Shown: in pieces, positions 39,436 to 52,487 of the stretch
Layout of the letters: every line of letters starts with the position of its first letter
How positions within the stretch are numbered: position 1 is the first letter of the stretch
NCBI GenBank assembly: GCA_951406725.2
Contig: OX597815.1
Coordinates: 208,320,001 to 208,384,000 of the forward strand
Origin: Octopus vulgaris
Taxonomy: Eukaryota
Direction: 5' to 3'
DNA: 64,000 bases
Translations under genes and position numbers: made by a program
Notes under the pieces: generated by a model
The model's database searches: none
What the model saw: the letters and a program-made list of their open reading frames with translations, nothing else
Told to the model about the DNA's origin: nothing

Positions 39436-40704
39436 ATTTTCCGGGACAGGAACACAGAAGGATGGAAGATAGATCTGTAGATTGAAGTGGGGATCAGATT
39501 CAGAGAAATGAAAGGAAACAATAAGAATTTCTTTTTTCACATATGCGCAAAATCACACTTTTCTCTGTGTATTTAATGGAAACGTTTAACTTATTTAATT
39601 GATAAATCGTTCATCCGTATTTAATTTGCTTTTATTTTTTTTTACTATGAAATGAGAAGAGAAAAAAAGAAAAAAAAAAGAAGGGAAGTCGACTCCGGCG
39701 TGATCTGAACTCAGAATGCGAAGGGACGAAGCAAAGCACCGCAAGGCAGTTTCTATTTAGTTATATAAAGAGAGAGAAAGAGAGAGAGAGAGAGACAGAG
39801 ATTGTTAGAGAGTAGGGCTTGAATAAGCATGATAGAGACAAAGAGAAAGATAGTGTGCGTGTGTATATAAGAAAGAGAGAAGAGGAGAGAGAGAGAAAGA
39901 GATAAAGGGAGAAAATGAAAGCAAGAAAAAGGAAGAAAGAAAGGGTAGCAGAGAAGAAATTACCTGTATAGAAGCGTGCACATATGCATGTTTGTATATA
40001 TGTGCACACATGTATACACACACACATATCTATACACACACACAGACACACACACATATCTATACTTATATGGGCAAACTAACATCAGTGTGTTAACATA
40101 AGCGCGCGTGTGTGTGTGTTTGTGTGTGCGTGAGAATTACAGAAAGGAGGAAAAGATGTTAGTGTAGGTACAATAATACGACAGAAAGAGATAGGGGAAG
40201 GAAAAGAGGAAAACAAAAGAAAAAACAGAAACGAGAAAGAGTGAAAGAAAAGGAATAAATGAAAGAGAGAGAGAGAATGCGCTCGCGTGTTTGTGTGTGC
40301 AGGCGCGTGATGCACTTGGTACAAGAACGAGTGTAGATTCTTGTATGTGAATGACTATTTCCTCTTAGCTTACTCGTGTGTGTGTGTGTGTGGCACCTTG
40401 GAAAATAAACTGCATTGCAAGCTGCTCTTAATAAAGATATGTTGTAGGGAAATATATCTACATAAAGTATTTATTAATTACTGTTTTCAACTATGTATCT
40501 GTTATATATTTTATTTATTATTTATTTATATATATATATACGTATATACATTTCTCGATGTATTATTAAAGAGATAAACGTTGCGAATGGCAGAAATGGT
40601 AAAATGAATGACAAAAATATTACTCGCTGTTCACTTAAGCTCTTTTTTATGTTCTGTGTGTGAAGTTCGAATCCCAACAAATGTAGCACTCAAAATTATT
40701 TAAA

Positions 40705-41125
40705 TACTCTTTTCTCTTTTACTCTTTTACTTGTTTCAGTCATTTGACTGCGGCCATGCTGGAGCACCGCCTTTAATCGAGCAACTCGACCCCCGGGACT
40801 TATTCTATTTGTAAGCCCAGTACTTATACTATCGGTTCCCTTTGCCGAACAGCTAAGTAACGGGGACATAAACACACCAGCATCGGTTGTCAAGCAATGC
40901 TAGGGGGACAAACACAAACACACAAACATACACGCACACATATATATATATATATATATACATATATACGACAGGCTTCTTTCAGTTTCCGTCTACCAAA
41001 TCCACTCACAAGGCATTGGTCGGCCCGGGGCTATAGCAGAAGACACTTGCCCAAGATGCCACGCAGTGGGACTGAACCCGGAATCATGTGGTTGATTAGC
41101 AAGCTACTTACCACACAGCCACTCA
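40705..41125 (-). mobile_element. SINE family A
   Basis: Family homology. Confidence 0.9.
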
Positions 41126-41266
41126 TGTATTTTCTCTCTGAAAAAGTGCGACCACACACACACATATTATTTATTCATTTAAGTTAATGGATTGCGGCCA
41201 TGCTGTGATAACATTCTGTGGGGTTTAGAGAAACAAATCGTTTCCAGGACTAATTATTTACAAGTC

Positions 41267-41580
41267 TAATGGCTCGGTGGTTAGAACACCAGGTTCATAA
41301 TCATGGGGTAGTGAGTTCCATTCTCGGACCGGGCTATGTGTTGTGTTCTTGTTTCATTATTGCTCCAGTTTACCCAGCTGTAGAAATGAGTTGCGATGTC
41401 ACAGGTGCCAAGCAGTATCGGCCCCTTTGCCTTTCCCTTGGAGACGGAAGGCTGGGATGCACAGGTGACTACTGGTCTTCCATAAACAACTTTACCTGGA
41501 CTTGTGTCCCAGAAGAGAACTTTCTAAATGCAACCCTATGGTCATTCTTAACCGAAGGGGGTCTTTACCCTTTACCCTCT
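41267..41580 (+). mobile_element. tRNA-headed SINE family D; second copy at 52913-53253 (-)
   Basis: TGGCTCGGTGGTTAGA (A box), GAGTTC.ATTC (B box) and CAGCTGTAGAAATGAGTTG core. (TTACCC)n tail. Confidence 0.75.
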
Positions 41581-42049
41581 TCTACTTATTCTCTTGAACT
41601 CTTTTGCTGAAGAGCTAGATTACAGGAATATAAACAAACTAACACCTGTTGTCAAGCAGTGGGGAAGAGACAAATTCCAACACCAAGATAAACACATTTA
41701 TAAATGATGGGCTTCTTTCAGTTTCGGTCAACCATATCCACTCACAAGACTTCAGTCAGCCGAAGGCTGTAGTAGAAGATTTTTACACAAGGTATGCCCA
41801 TCACTAAAGGTGTGCACTGGATGGTGCAGTGCCCTCACTGTTCAATGGAGCACCTTCAAATTTTGAAATTCCACTTTAGCATTATTACAAATTAGTGTCC
41901 TACAAGAACATTTTGAAGTACCCCCAAAGTCTGGTGATGGGCCTAGCACAAGGTACCCTGCAATAAGACTGAACCCCAAAACCAAGTGGTTTGGAAGCAA
42001 CTTTCTTACCACAAAGCCACGTCTGCAGTAACAATACAATATCACCTTG

Positions 42050-42340
42050 ATCACCTTGACCGGCCAGTCCATCAGGCGTCCATTTGACACTGCTGGTCAC
42101 AGCACGCTGTCCACTCCTCTCTGGATCGCACCTTTCTCGTCCACGTGATCCCAGTCATAACTCCACCGTCGTGGAGGCCTTCTGGGTGTTCGTTTCCGCT
42201 TGCGCGGGTACCACTCGACAACTGCGCGGGTCCACCAATTATCGGTGAGCCGGGTGATGTGTCCAGCCCATCTGAACTTGCTGCGTGTATTCTCTGCGAT
42301 GACATCCCTCACGCTGGACTTCTTTCTGATGATCTCGCTA
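42050..42340 (-). mobile_element. RTE LINE 3' fragment
   Basis: KFRWAGHITRLTDNWWTRAVVEWYPRKRKRTPRRPPRRW. Confidence 0.85.
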
Positions 42341-43133
42341 AACTATATAATATATCATCATACGTCATCGTTTAGCGTCTGCTTTCCATGCTGGCATGGG
42401 TTGGACGGTGTAACTGGGGTCTGGGAAGCCAGAAGGCTGCACCAGGCCCAGTCTGATCTGGCAATGTTTCTACGGCTGGATGCCCTTCCTAACGCCAAAT
42501 ATAATATAATACGTAATATATAACAAATGGATTTGGAATGCAGTATGGAAGATGTAGAATATAACTGGCACTCGGTCGGATATGACGATGAGAGTTCCAG
42601 CTGATCCGATCAACGGAACAGCTTGCTTGTGAAATGAATGTACATGTGACTGAGTACTCCACAGACTCCTGTACCCTTAACGTAGTTTGCAACGAGATTC
42701 AACACAACACAGAGTGTGACAAGGCTGGCCCCTTGAAATACGGGTACAACTCATTTTTGCCACCTGAGTAGACTGGAGCAACCTGAAAATTAAAGTGTCT
42801 CACTCAAGGACACAATGCATTACTGGAAATTGAACTCATGATCTTACAACCATGACCTGAATACCCTAACTAAGCCATGCACTTTCACTGTAGAATATAC
42901 TACATAGGTATTTGTATATTAAATCAAACTACCATATTAGAAGGTTTTAGAAGATACACTTTTTTTCTCAAATCAATTGTTCAAAAAGTTACCTTGGGTC
43001 CTCTATGTCATGATGGTCCTATAGTAGATCTTTTTGATGTGCTAAAACCTTACTCCTTGAATATGCACTGATGGAATTAAGGGTACATCGAATATGTCCA
43101 TGCATCTTTTATGTCTTCGAAGATGGTATATAT

Positions 43134-43368
43134 AAGGCGGCGAGCTGGCAGAAACGTTAGCACGCTGGGCAAAGTGCTTAGCGGTATTTCGTCTGCGTTA
43201 CGTTGTGAGTTCAAATTCTGCCGAGGTCGACTTTGCCTTTCATCCCTTCGGGGTCGATAAATTAAGTACCAGTTACACACTGGGGTCGATGTAATCGACT
43301 TAATACCTATGTCTGTCCTTGTTTGTCCCCTCTGTGTTTAGCCCCTTGTGGGTAATAAAGAAATAGGT
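43134..43368 (+). mobile_element. SINE family B monomer (others at ~50281-50500, ~57170-57390, ~58452-58680 minus)
   Basis: AGGCGGCGAGCTGGCAGAAACGTTAG head and GCCTTTCATCC.TTCGGGGTCGATAAATTAAGTACCAG Nin/Deu-like core. Confidence 0.85.
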
Positions 43369-44097
43369 ATATACTGAAACACACGGGTGGCTGTGTGGCA
43401 AGAAACTTGCTTCCCAACCACATGGTTCTGGGTTCAGTCCCACTGCATGGCACCTTGGGCAAGTGTCTTCTGCTATAGCCTCAGGTCGACCAAAGCCTTG
43501 TGGGTGGATTTGGTAAACAGAAACTGAAACAAGACCATCATGTGTGTGTGTGTGTGTGTGTTTTGGACGCTCAGTAAAAGATTCAAGGACATCAACTTTC
43601 TCTCTTGACTAAGCAAATAATAATGATGATGATGACAGTGATGACAACAACAATGACAATGATGATAAAATGCCCTGATGCAGTACCAGGCAGTGGCTCT
43701 CATGCCTCTTGATCCTAACTGATTGGAAGTATTATAATGTGTGAGTGTGTGTGTGCGTGCACATGCATATATGTATTTGTATTTGTCACCCACCACTGCT
43801 TGACAACCAGTGTTGGTGTGTTTGTGTCATTGTAACTTTGCAGTTCAGCACAAGAGACTGATACAATAAGTGACCAGGCTTTAAAAAACACATAAGAACT
43901 GGGGGTCAATTCATTGAACTAAAGATTCTTCAAGGTGGTGCCCTAGCATGGCCACAGTCCAATGACTGACACAAGCAAAAGAATATAACACTATATTCAT
44001 GTATTCTATACCTTCCTGGCCATATTCCACGTCCTCGTGTTGCTGTATTTTCTTGCTTGTTCATATTTGGATTGACTATATATATATAAGTATATAC

Positions 44098-44330
44098 ATA
44101 CACAAGGACCTGAAGAGAGAAATAAGCAGATCGTGGGATTGCAGAAATATGGAGAATGTATCAATTGTCATCAGAGCCTTCGGAACGATGAGGAAGAGGC
44201 TCAAAAAGAGAATAGAAGAGATTGACTCGCAGAAGCACATAGAATGCATGCAACTGACCTGCTTGTAAGGAAAGGCAAAGATCACTCAAAAGTTCTTGGA
44301 TGGCCGAGGTCACAGGAGGTGACATGTTAT
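44098..44330 (+). mobile_element. R4/Dong-type LINE 3' remnant (restriction-like endonuclease end)
   Basis: KDLKREISRSWDCRNMENVSIVIRAFGTMRKRLKKRIEEI resembles the KY.DL..EI.RLW...V.PIVIGALG pattern. Confidence 0.55.
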
Positions 44331-44769
44331 CCAAGAGTAAATTGATCTAAAATCCATCTCAAGGGTGATACAAATAAATTTTGAAATAAATAATAAAATT
44401 AATGAAATGAAAATATATATAAAAGATAAAAAACCCTGCTGTATATATATAGAGTAAAATCCTCTTTTTGTTGTTCCACGACAAAGGCAGTACATATGTC
44501 TCTTTTACTCTTTTACTTGTTTCAGTCATTTGACTATGGTCATGCTGGAGCACCGCCTTTAGTAGAGCAAATCAACCCCAGGACTTATTCTTTGTGAACC
44601 TAATACTTATTCTATTAGTCTCTTTGTGCCGGACCACTAGGTTACAGGGACGTAAACACACCAGCATCGGTTGTTAAGCGATGTTGGCGGGGACAAACAG
44701 ACATACAAACATACACACACATATATATATATATATATATATCATCATCATCATCATCATATATATATA

Positions 44770-46026
44770 TATATATCATCATCATCATCATCGTTTAGCG
44801 TCCATTTTCATCAGGCCCAGTCAAATCTGGCAGTGTTTCTATGACTGGATGCCCTTCCTAACGCCAACCACTCCGTGAGTGTAGTGGGTGCTTTTTACGT
44901 GCCACCCGCACAGGTGCCAGACAGAGCTGGCAAACAGCCATGAACGGATGGTGCTTTTTATGTGCCAACGGACACGAACGGATGGTGCTTTTTACGTGCC
45001 ATCGGCACGAGGCCAGTCGGGGCGGTGCTGGCAATGGTCGCGAAATGGAAGGTTCTCTTACATGCCACCGGCACTGGTAACACATCTGCAATTTCCATTG
45101 ATCGATTTCCATTCTGATCCTCACTTGCCTCAACGGGTCTTCACAAGTAGAGTTTCGACATGCCACCGGCACTGGTAAGACATCTGCAATTTCCATTGAT
45201 CGATTTCGATTCTGATCCTCACTTGCCTCAACATGGTCTTCACAAGTAGAGTTTTGTGTCCCAAGAAGAGAAGGTATGCATACGTAGGCTGGCTCCATCC
45301 CATGTAGAAGGCCACGGGTTATGGACTCACTTGTCCTGCCGGGTCTTCTCGCGCACAGCTCACTTCCAGAGGTCTCGGTCTCTAGTCATTTCCTCAGTGA
45401 GACCTAAAGTTCAAAGGTCGTGCTTCACCACCTCGTCCCAGGTTTTCCTGGGTCTGCCTCTTCCGCAGGTTCCCTCAACAGCTAGGGTGTGGCACTTTTT
45501 CACACAACTATCTTCATCCATTCTCGCCACATGACCATACCAGCGCAAACGTCTCTCTTGCACACCACAACTGATGCTTCTTAGGTCCAGCTTTTCTCTC
45601 AAGGTACTTAGACTCTGCCAAGTATGAACACTGACATCATACATCCATCGGAGCATACTGGCTTCATTTCTTGCGAGCTTACGCATATCCTCAGCAGTCA
45701 CGGCACATGTTTCACTGCCATGTAGCATGGCTGTTCGTACACACGCATCATACAGTCTGCCTTTCACTCTGTGCGAGAGGCCTTTTGTCACCAGCAGAGG
45801 TAAGAGCTCTCTGAACTTTGCCTAAGTTATTCTTACTCTAGCAGTTACACTTTCAGCACACCCGCCCCCGCTGCTGACTTGGTCACCTAGGTAACGGAAA
45901 CTATCAACTATTTCTAGTTTTTCTCCCTGGAAAGTGACGGAAGTTGGTCTCAGAGCATTTTCAGTGTTTATTGTTCCTGAGCATCTGCCACATACAAAAA
46001 CCATCTTCCTAGTTAGCCTTCCTTTG
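44770..46026 (-). mobile_element. 5'-truncated RTE LINE (RT C-terminus plus 3' UTR) inserted in the central tract of SINE A (44498-46208)
   Basis: EKLEIVDSFRYLGD..KGRLYDACVRTAMLHGSET..RLRWYGHVARMDE..GRGRPRKTW, then family C sequence and (GAT)n. Confidence 0.9.
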
Positions 46027-46517
46027 AATATATATATATATATATGACTGGCTTCTTTCAGTTTCCGTCTACCAAATCCACTCACAAGGCTTTGGTCGGC
46101 CCAGAGCTATAGCAGAAGACACTTGCCCTAGATGCCACGCAGTGGGACTGAACCCAGAACCATGTGGTTGGTAAGCAAGCTACTTACCACACAGCCACGC
46201 CTGCGCCTGTGTCTACAGATTTTTACTAACACCAACCTGCTAGAAATATGATTTGTGTCCAGAGCAAATATAAAATATATTACTTTATTTCAATATTTAG
46301 TTTGATTTGATTTTCAACTGTCTCCTCATTGTAATGCTGTATCTGTGTGCATGTATGCACGCATGTGTGAGTGTGTGTGTTTTTGTATGTATGTGTCTAT
46401 GTGCATGTGCATTTGTGTGTGTGTTTGTTTGTTCACACATTTGCCTTAAATTAATACAACACCCCATTCCTGCAGATTAATTTAACATTTGTTTCTTAAG
46501 ATAATTTCAATGATATA

Positions 46518-46925
46518 TAGGCGCAGGAGTGGCTGTGTGGTAAGTAGCTTGCTTACCAAACACATGGTTCCGGGTTCAGTCCCACTGTGTGGCATCTTGG
46601 GCAAGTGTCTTCTACTATGGCCCCGGGCCGACCAATGCCTTGTGAGTGGATTTGGTAGACGGAAACTGAAAGAAGCCTGTCGTATATATGTATATATATA
46701 TAAGTGTGTGTGTATATGTTTGTGTGTCTGTGTTTGTCCCCCTAGCATTGCTTGACAACCGATGCTGGTGTGTTTACGTCCCCGTTACTTAGCGGTTCAG
46801 CAAAAGAGACCGATAGAATAAGTACTGGGCTTACAAAGAATAAGTCCCGGGGTCGATTTGCTCGACTAAAGGCAGTGCTCCAGCATGGCCGCAGTCAAAT
46901 GACTGAAACAAGTAAAAGAGTAAAG
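46518..46925 (+). mobile_element. SINE family A, young
   Basis: Family homology. Confidence 0.9.
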
Positions 46926-46993
46926 AGATTCACTACGAAGAGAATGCTGTCTGACAGGCTGAAAGTAAACAACAACAACAACAAGAAGCTCAC

Positions 46994-47031
46994 CTTCACA
47001 GAACACAACCAGAAACAATACCCAAAGACAA
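46994..47031 (-). CDS. Candidate 38-nt exon (phase 2 to 1) encoding a hydrophobic core, (S)CLWVLFLVVFCE(G)
   Basis: gtgtctccag|TTG...GAAG|gtgagc, in frame with the exon at 48009-48065. Confidence 0.5.
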
Positions 47032-47289
47032 CTGGAGACACTTGACAAATAATAGGTTTGCCTTCAAAAGAATGCTGCCAGGCATCAGCAGCCAGGATCC
47101 CTTCCCATGTCCAGGTTCTCCTTTCCAATCCATTCTTTCATGTCATCAGTCAACAAACATCTTTGACAGCCCCCTTCTCTCTTCATTTCCATATTTCTTG
47201 TTAGGATGGGTCTCAGGCAGGGACTTGTGGTGAATTGCTTATCTAAAATATGATAGTTCTGTGAACTTGTTTCACAACATTTAGTGTCT

Positions 47290-47517
47290 TTAACCCTTTA
47301 GCAATCAAACCGGCCATATCTGGCCAAAATATTTAACCTGTTATATATTGAAACTGACCAGATCTCACCTCTCCCCTCAGCCCTACCATGTCGTACTAAA
47401 ACTAAAAAATCACATCACTGAAATCTCTAAACTACAAGATAATGCAGGATTAATTCAAACCATTTTAAATAAACAAACATCACATTTGACAGAATAATCT
47501 GAACACTAAAGGGTTAA
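47290..47517. mobile_element. piggyBac-type MITE (second family)
   Basis: TTAA-CCCTTTAG..CTAAAGGG-TTAA. Confidence 0.8.
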
Positions 47518-48008
47518 ACATACAACTCTAGTACCGCAGTGCTTTTCACTCTACCTTTCCAGCTTATTCTGTCCAGTCTAAGAAAATCCACATCGCAAAA
47601 GGTTCTCTCTTCTCTGTTGTTGGGTACCTTATGTAGGTTTCTGCACTGTAGAGAGCAATTGGCATGATCATCATCATTTAGCATCTGCTTTCCATGTTGG
47701 CATGGGTTAGGTGGTTTGACTGGAATTGGTAAGCTGGGGAGTTGCCCTAACCACTAGGCCATTGCACATCCACATGTGCAAACATGCATCTTTAAATTTA
47801 ATTTTTCTCTGCTTTGGGATGCATTAAATTGATTCTTCTTTCCTCCCATCCTTTTCCCTTTCTTCCTTTCTTCTTTTCCTTCTTCCTTCCTTTCTTTCAG
47901 AAAAGTCCAAACTATTTTAAAAAACAAAAAGAAAAATCCCTATTTCATTAATTTCCTCCACAATTGTTCTCTTGAATATGTCTTTAAGTCTTGCAGGTTT
48001 TCACTCAC

Positions 48009-48065
48009 CTGATGGTTTCTAATTCCAAAGCCATGTCTGAAGGACTATTCTGCGCAAACTCAACC
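48009..48065 (-). CDS. Candidate 57-nt exon containing a possible start codon (MALELETI)
   Basis: Branch-like CACTAAC/GCTAAC, tctgcag| acceptor, GACATGG Kozak context and CAG|gtgagt donor. Confidence 0.5.
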
Positions 48066-48493
48066 CTGCAGACATTTCCTTTTGATAGTTAGCGTTAGTG
48101 TTAAGTCTTAGAATTAGCTTTTCTGATATACTAACTTTGTCATTGTTAAAGAAATCTTGCCATCGGATCTGTAATGATTTTCATAAACATTTCTTTCATA
48201 GTGTAGGCTAGGTTTTCAATTGTTTTCTTTGTTTGAAGACGATGTTTTGAATATATTTTGTGTATGAGAGAAAGTGGAGGCTGCAAAGTCTTCTGGTCTA
48301 TGTGATGTAAAAAGGAAAAGCAAAAAGGAAAAAGGTAACAACAGTAATAATAATAAAGGAATGATAATTTTACAAGTATAAACCTCGTGTGGTGTGTGTG
48401 TGTGTATATGTGTGTGTCGTTGTGTGTGTTAAAAGTGCAAAACAGATGAATACAATTAGAAACATACAAAATGACTCCATGTAAGCTTCTCTG

Positions 48494-48537
<44 letters not shown>

Positions 48538-48551
48538 ATGTATGTATATAT

Positions 48552-49195
48552 AAATTAGAGAAAAACCACCATATAGTAATTCAACAATGAAATAACAATG
48601 ATATAATTAAATTATACCATATAGAAAAAAATTAAAAACACGATATAACATATAACAATAATTAAGTAAAGTACAAAATAATAAATAAATAGTATATAAT
48701 TGGTATTTATTACGATCGGTATTTTCCAGTAAATATCGGTGCTTCATTGTGCCATTTATTTACTTTTATATGTATAATTTTACCCTTACGGGATATCCTT
48801 TACTGGAAAGCAATACTCTCGTATTGCATTACTATTTTCATTGAAACTTCTTCACTGTTCTCGTTCTGTTAACGTTTTGGTGTTCAGACGAGTGTACTGG
48901 CGTAGATGTGGCAACATTTGAAATAATGTCGATGTATATGCAGCTGATGAGGATAAATCAAATATACGTTGGAAAACGTATTTTGAAGAATCTGAAACCG
49001 GTACTGCATTATCCGTTTCTAGGTTTTTTCATTTTTCAGATGTTCTTCCTAGAGGTAAGACAATTTTTTTCATGTTTGTTGCACACACGCATCTTTACTA
49101 GTACATACGCAGTGAAGCTATACATTAGCGTCGTATTTATTACGTTCGCTATTTTCCAGTAAATATTGGTGCTTCGTTGTGCCATTTATTTACTT

Positions 49196-49206
<11 letters not shown>
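48552..49206 (+). mobile_element. PLE/retrozyme-like element with a 74-bp direct repeat (period 430 bp) around a hammerhead
   Basis: 48703-48776 repeats at 49133-49206. Flanked by (TA)n. Confidence 0.75.
48938..49009 (+). ncRNA. Minimal type I hammerhead ribozyme, intact core
   Basis: ATGCAG-CTGATGA-GGAT..(TACGTT-GGAA-AACGTA)..ATCT-GAAA-CCGG-TA-CTGCAT. Predicted GUA cleavage after 49003. Confidence 0.85.
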
Positions 49207-49226
<20 letters not shown>

Positions 49227-49230
49227 CACA

Positions 49231-50005
49231 TACAGGGTGCAATGAGTAAATTGTTGCCATTTTATATTTTTTATTTCACACATGTGCATTGCTTGTTTTG
49301 AGTTTTGTCTGCTACACAGTATGGTAGGGTTGGTTGTTGTTTGTTCCTTGTCGAAGCACGCCTGGCTCATAAGGGCTGGTTTCCCAGTTTCCTTGGCGTA
49401 TAGGTTCCCCACCTGGATGCGACACCGGTCTGTCGCAGGTGAGCTGCATGATGCAGGAGGAAAGAATGAGAGAAAGTTGTGGTGAAAGAGTCAGCAGAAG
49501 TTCGCCGCTACCTTCTGCCGGAGCCACGTGGAGCTTAGGTGTTTCGCTTATAAACACACACATCGCCCGGTCTGAGATTCAAACCCGTGATCCCTCGACC
49601 GCAAGTCCGCTGCTCTAACCACTAGGCCACGTGCCGCCTAGAGTTGGTTGGGCACCACCTGTGAGAAAAACAGCACCATGATGCAATTCTCTCAGCCAGA
49701 AATTTGGAAACATCACACTGTACTGCTTGGCATTCTCACTGGAAGTGCCATTACGAAAAGATGGTAAACACACAGAACAACTTTTGGCTTGCCGTGTCCC
49801 CAAAACATGTTCCAAGAGTGATAAAAAACAAACATCCAGTCAACATCATGGTGTTTGGAATGATCACTAGTGATGGCGACGTTATGTTTCCACTCATCTT
49901 CCCACATGGCCTCACACTCATCATGGAGGCCTGGGTTAAGAAGGTGACTGCTGGAAGACCCCATGTCTGGCAACGGGACTCAGCACCATGTCACACAAAT
50001 AGGAG
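49231..50005 (+). mobile_element. Second maT-like transposon remnant, interrupted by a minus-strand tRNA-SINE (~49333-49638)
   Basis: TACAGGGTGC terminus and KHPVNIMVFGMITSDGDVM..WQRDSAPCHT. Confidence 0.75.
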
Positions 50006-51650
50006 CATGGTTTGGGTGGCCAGTGACATGTAAAATGCATCCATGCTCATGACACAAATGGCACCCGCAACGGTGATACCTAAAATGCACCCATGCTGGT
50101 GATATGTAAAAGGCACCCATGCCAGTTGCACATAGAGGGCACCTGCACTGGTGGCACGTAAAAAGCACCCATGCCAGTGACACATAGAGGGCACCTGCAC
50201 TGGTGGCACGTAAAAAGCACCCATGCTGGTGACATGTTAGAGGCACACAGCACACTCTGTAAAGTTATTGGCATTAAGAAGGGCAGAAACGTTAGCACGC
50301 CGGGCGAAATGTCTAGCGGTATTTCGCCTGCCATTACGTTCTGAGTTCAAATTCCGCCGAGGTCAACTTTGCCTTTCATCCTTTCGGGGTCGATAAATTA
50401 AGTACCAGTTATGCACTGGGGTCGATGTAATCGACTTAATACCTATGTCTGTCCTTGTTTGTCCTCTCTGTGTTTAACCACTTGTAGGTAGTAAAGAAAT
50501 AGATTAAGAAGGGCATCTAGCCTTAGGAACCTGGCCAAAACAGACTGGAGCCCAGTGCAGCTCTCCAGCATAATAGCCCTGGTCAAACCATCTTACCCAT
50601 GATAGCATGGAAAACCGACACTAAATGATGATGATGATATTAAGGTCTTCAGAACTGAGTAAGGAAAACCAAACCAAAGCAGTCTGACAGGCAATTGAAA
50701 GGAGCAAGCCACCTCTGCTTTACAAAGAATTTGGATATGTATGTACAATAATTTACAGGCTTAACAAATTTCCAGACGGTTAATATGTTTCTGGTATTTG
50801 GATAATTTTCAAGAAACTTTAATAGATAGAAACAAACATTCAGATAGAAGCAGACACTAATTTCACAGTCCTCGGGTTTGGAACATCACCTTCACTTTTG
50901 ACATTCAATATTTTATATTGAATATCGTATTTTGGCAAAGAACAATGAATTTTTCTGGGTTTTTTCTTTCTTTTTTTGTCTCTCTGGAGTCATGCCTGTA
51001 GCCACCCTGTTTGTCAAATGCTTGGAATATTGCTTAAAATAATGGTTTAAAATTTTGGCACAAGGCCAGCAATGGGTAAGTTGATTACATTTACCCCATT
51101 GCTCAAAATGATTCTTATTTTACAGACTCTGAAAAGAGGAAAGGCAAAGTTGACCTCGGCAGAATTTGAACTCAGAACATACTGATGGAAGAAATACCAT
51201 TAAGTGTTTTGCCCAGCACGCTAATGATTCTACAAGCTCACTGCCTTTCTTTTTCACTAAATAACTGTTTATCTTTTACCTGCTTAAGTCATTGGATTGT
51301 GGCCATGCCAAACTGCTAAGTTACGGGGACGTAAACACACCAGCATCGGTTGTCAAGTGATGTTGGGGCTTGGGGGGACAAACACAGACACACAAACATA
51401 GACACACGTGGCATCGTCCGTTTTTCTGTCCTTGTTTCATATACATTCGATCCTTTTTCCAAGAAATCTAATGCTCGTAGCTTAGTTTTTCCTTGGGGCT
51501 GGCCGGATCGGAGCAATCTCAAGATTAATCAGCCATAATTGCGAGGATGATCCGGTTCTTGACTGAAGATTGAAGGCTTCGAATGTCCCGTCCGTGTTTT
51601 TTGAATCGTCTTCTAAATGTTTTACGTTCTTGTCCCAAATTGTATTTTTC

Positions 51651-51702
<52 letters not shown>

Positions 51703-52361
51703 AATATACATATATATGACTGGCTTTTTTCAGTTTCCATCTACCAAATCCACTCATAAGGCTTTGGTCGGCCTGAGGCTATAGTGGAAGACACTTGCCC
51801 AAGGTACCACACAGTGGGACTGAACTCGGAACCATGTGGTTGGTAAGCAAGCTACTTACCACACAGCCACTCCTGCGCCTATAATATATGTATCTATATA
51901 CTCTTTTTTTACTTTATTATTCTTTTGTTTCAGTCATTTGACTGTGGCCATGCTGGAGCATTGCCTTTAGTCAAACAAATTGATCCCAGGACTTATTCTT
52001 TGTAAGCCTAGCACTTATTCTATCAGTCTCTTTTGCCAAACTACTAAGTAACAGGGACATAAACACACCAGCATAGGTGGTGAAGAGATGGTGGGAGATG
52101 GGGACAAATACAGACACACAAACATAGACACTCATATATATATATTCGACAGGCTACAATCTACCAAATCCACTCACAAGGCTTTGGTCGGCCCGAGGCT
52201 ATAGTGGAAGACACTTGCCCAAGGTACCACACAGTGGGACTGAACTCGGAACCATGTGGTTCATAAGCAAGCTACTTACAACACAGCCACTTATATATAT
52301 ACATATAACTAATATAAGTAAATAAATGGAGTTGAACGCAGGTGTTATTCAAATATTTTTA

Positions 52362-52447
52362 CTTTCGACATATGTTTCGAAGACAACATTGGTTTTATTC
52401 CAAAGGAATAAACAGTGTAAAATAATGTAATCTTCTCATCAGAAAAG
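52362..52447 (-). ncRNA. Minimal type I hammerhead ribozyme, intact core, in a PLE pLTR fragment (~52310-52485)
   Basis: CTTTT-CTGATGA-GAAGA..TCTTC-GAAA-CATATG-TC-GAAAG with a GUC triplet. Flanks are homologous to the Penelope end at 32210-32270. Confidence 0.85.
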
Positions 52448-52487
52448 AAAGTGAACCTATTTCAACAACAAGACATCCATTTACATA

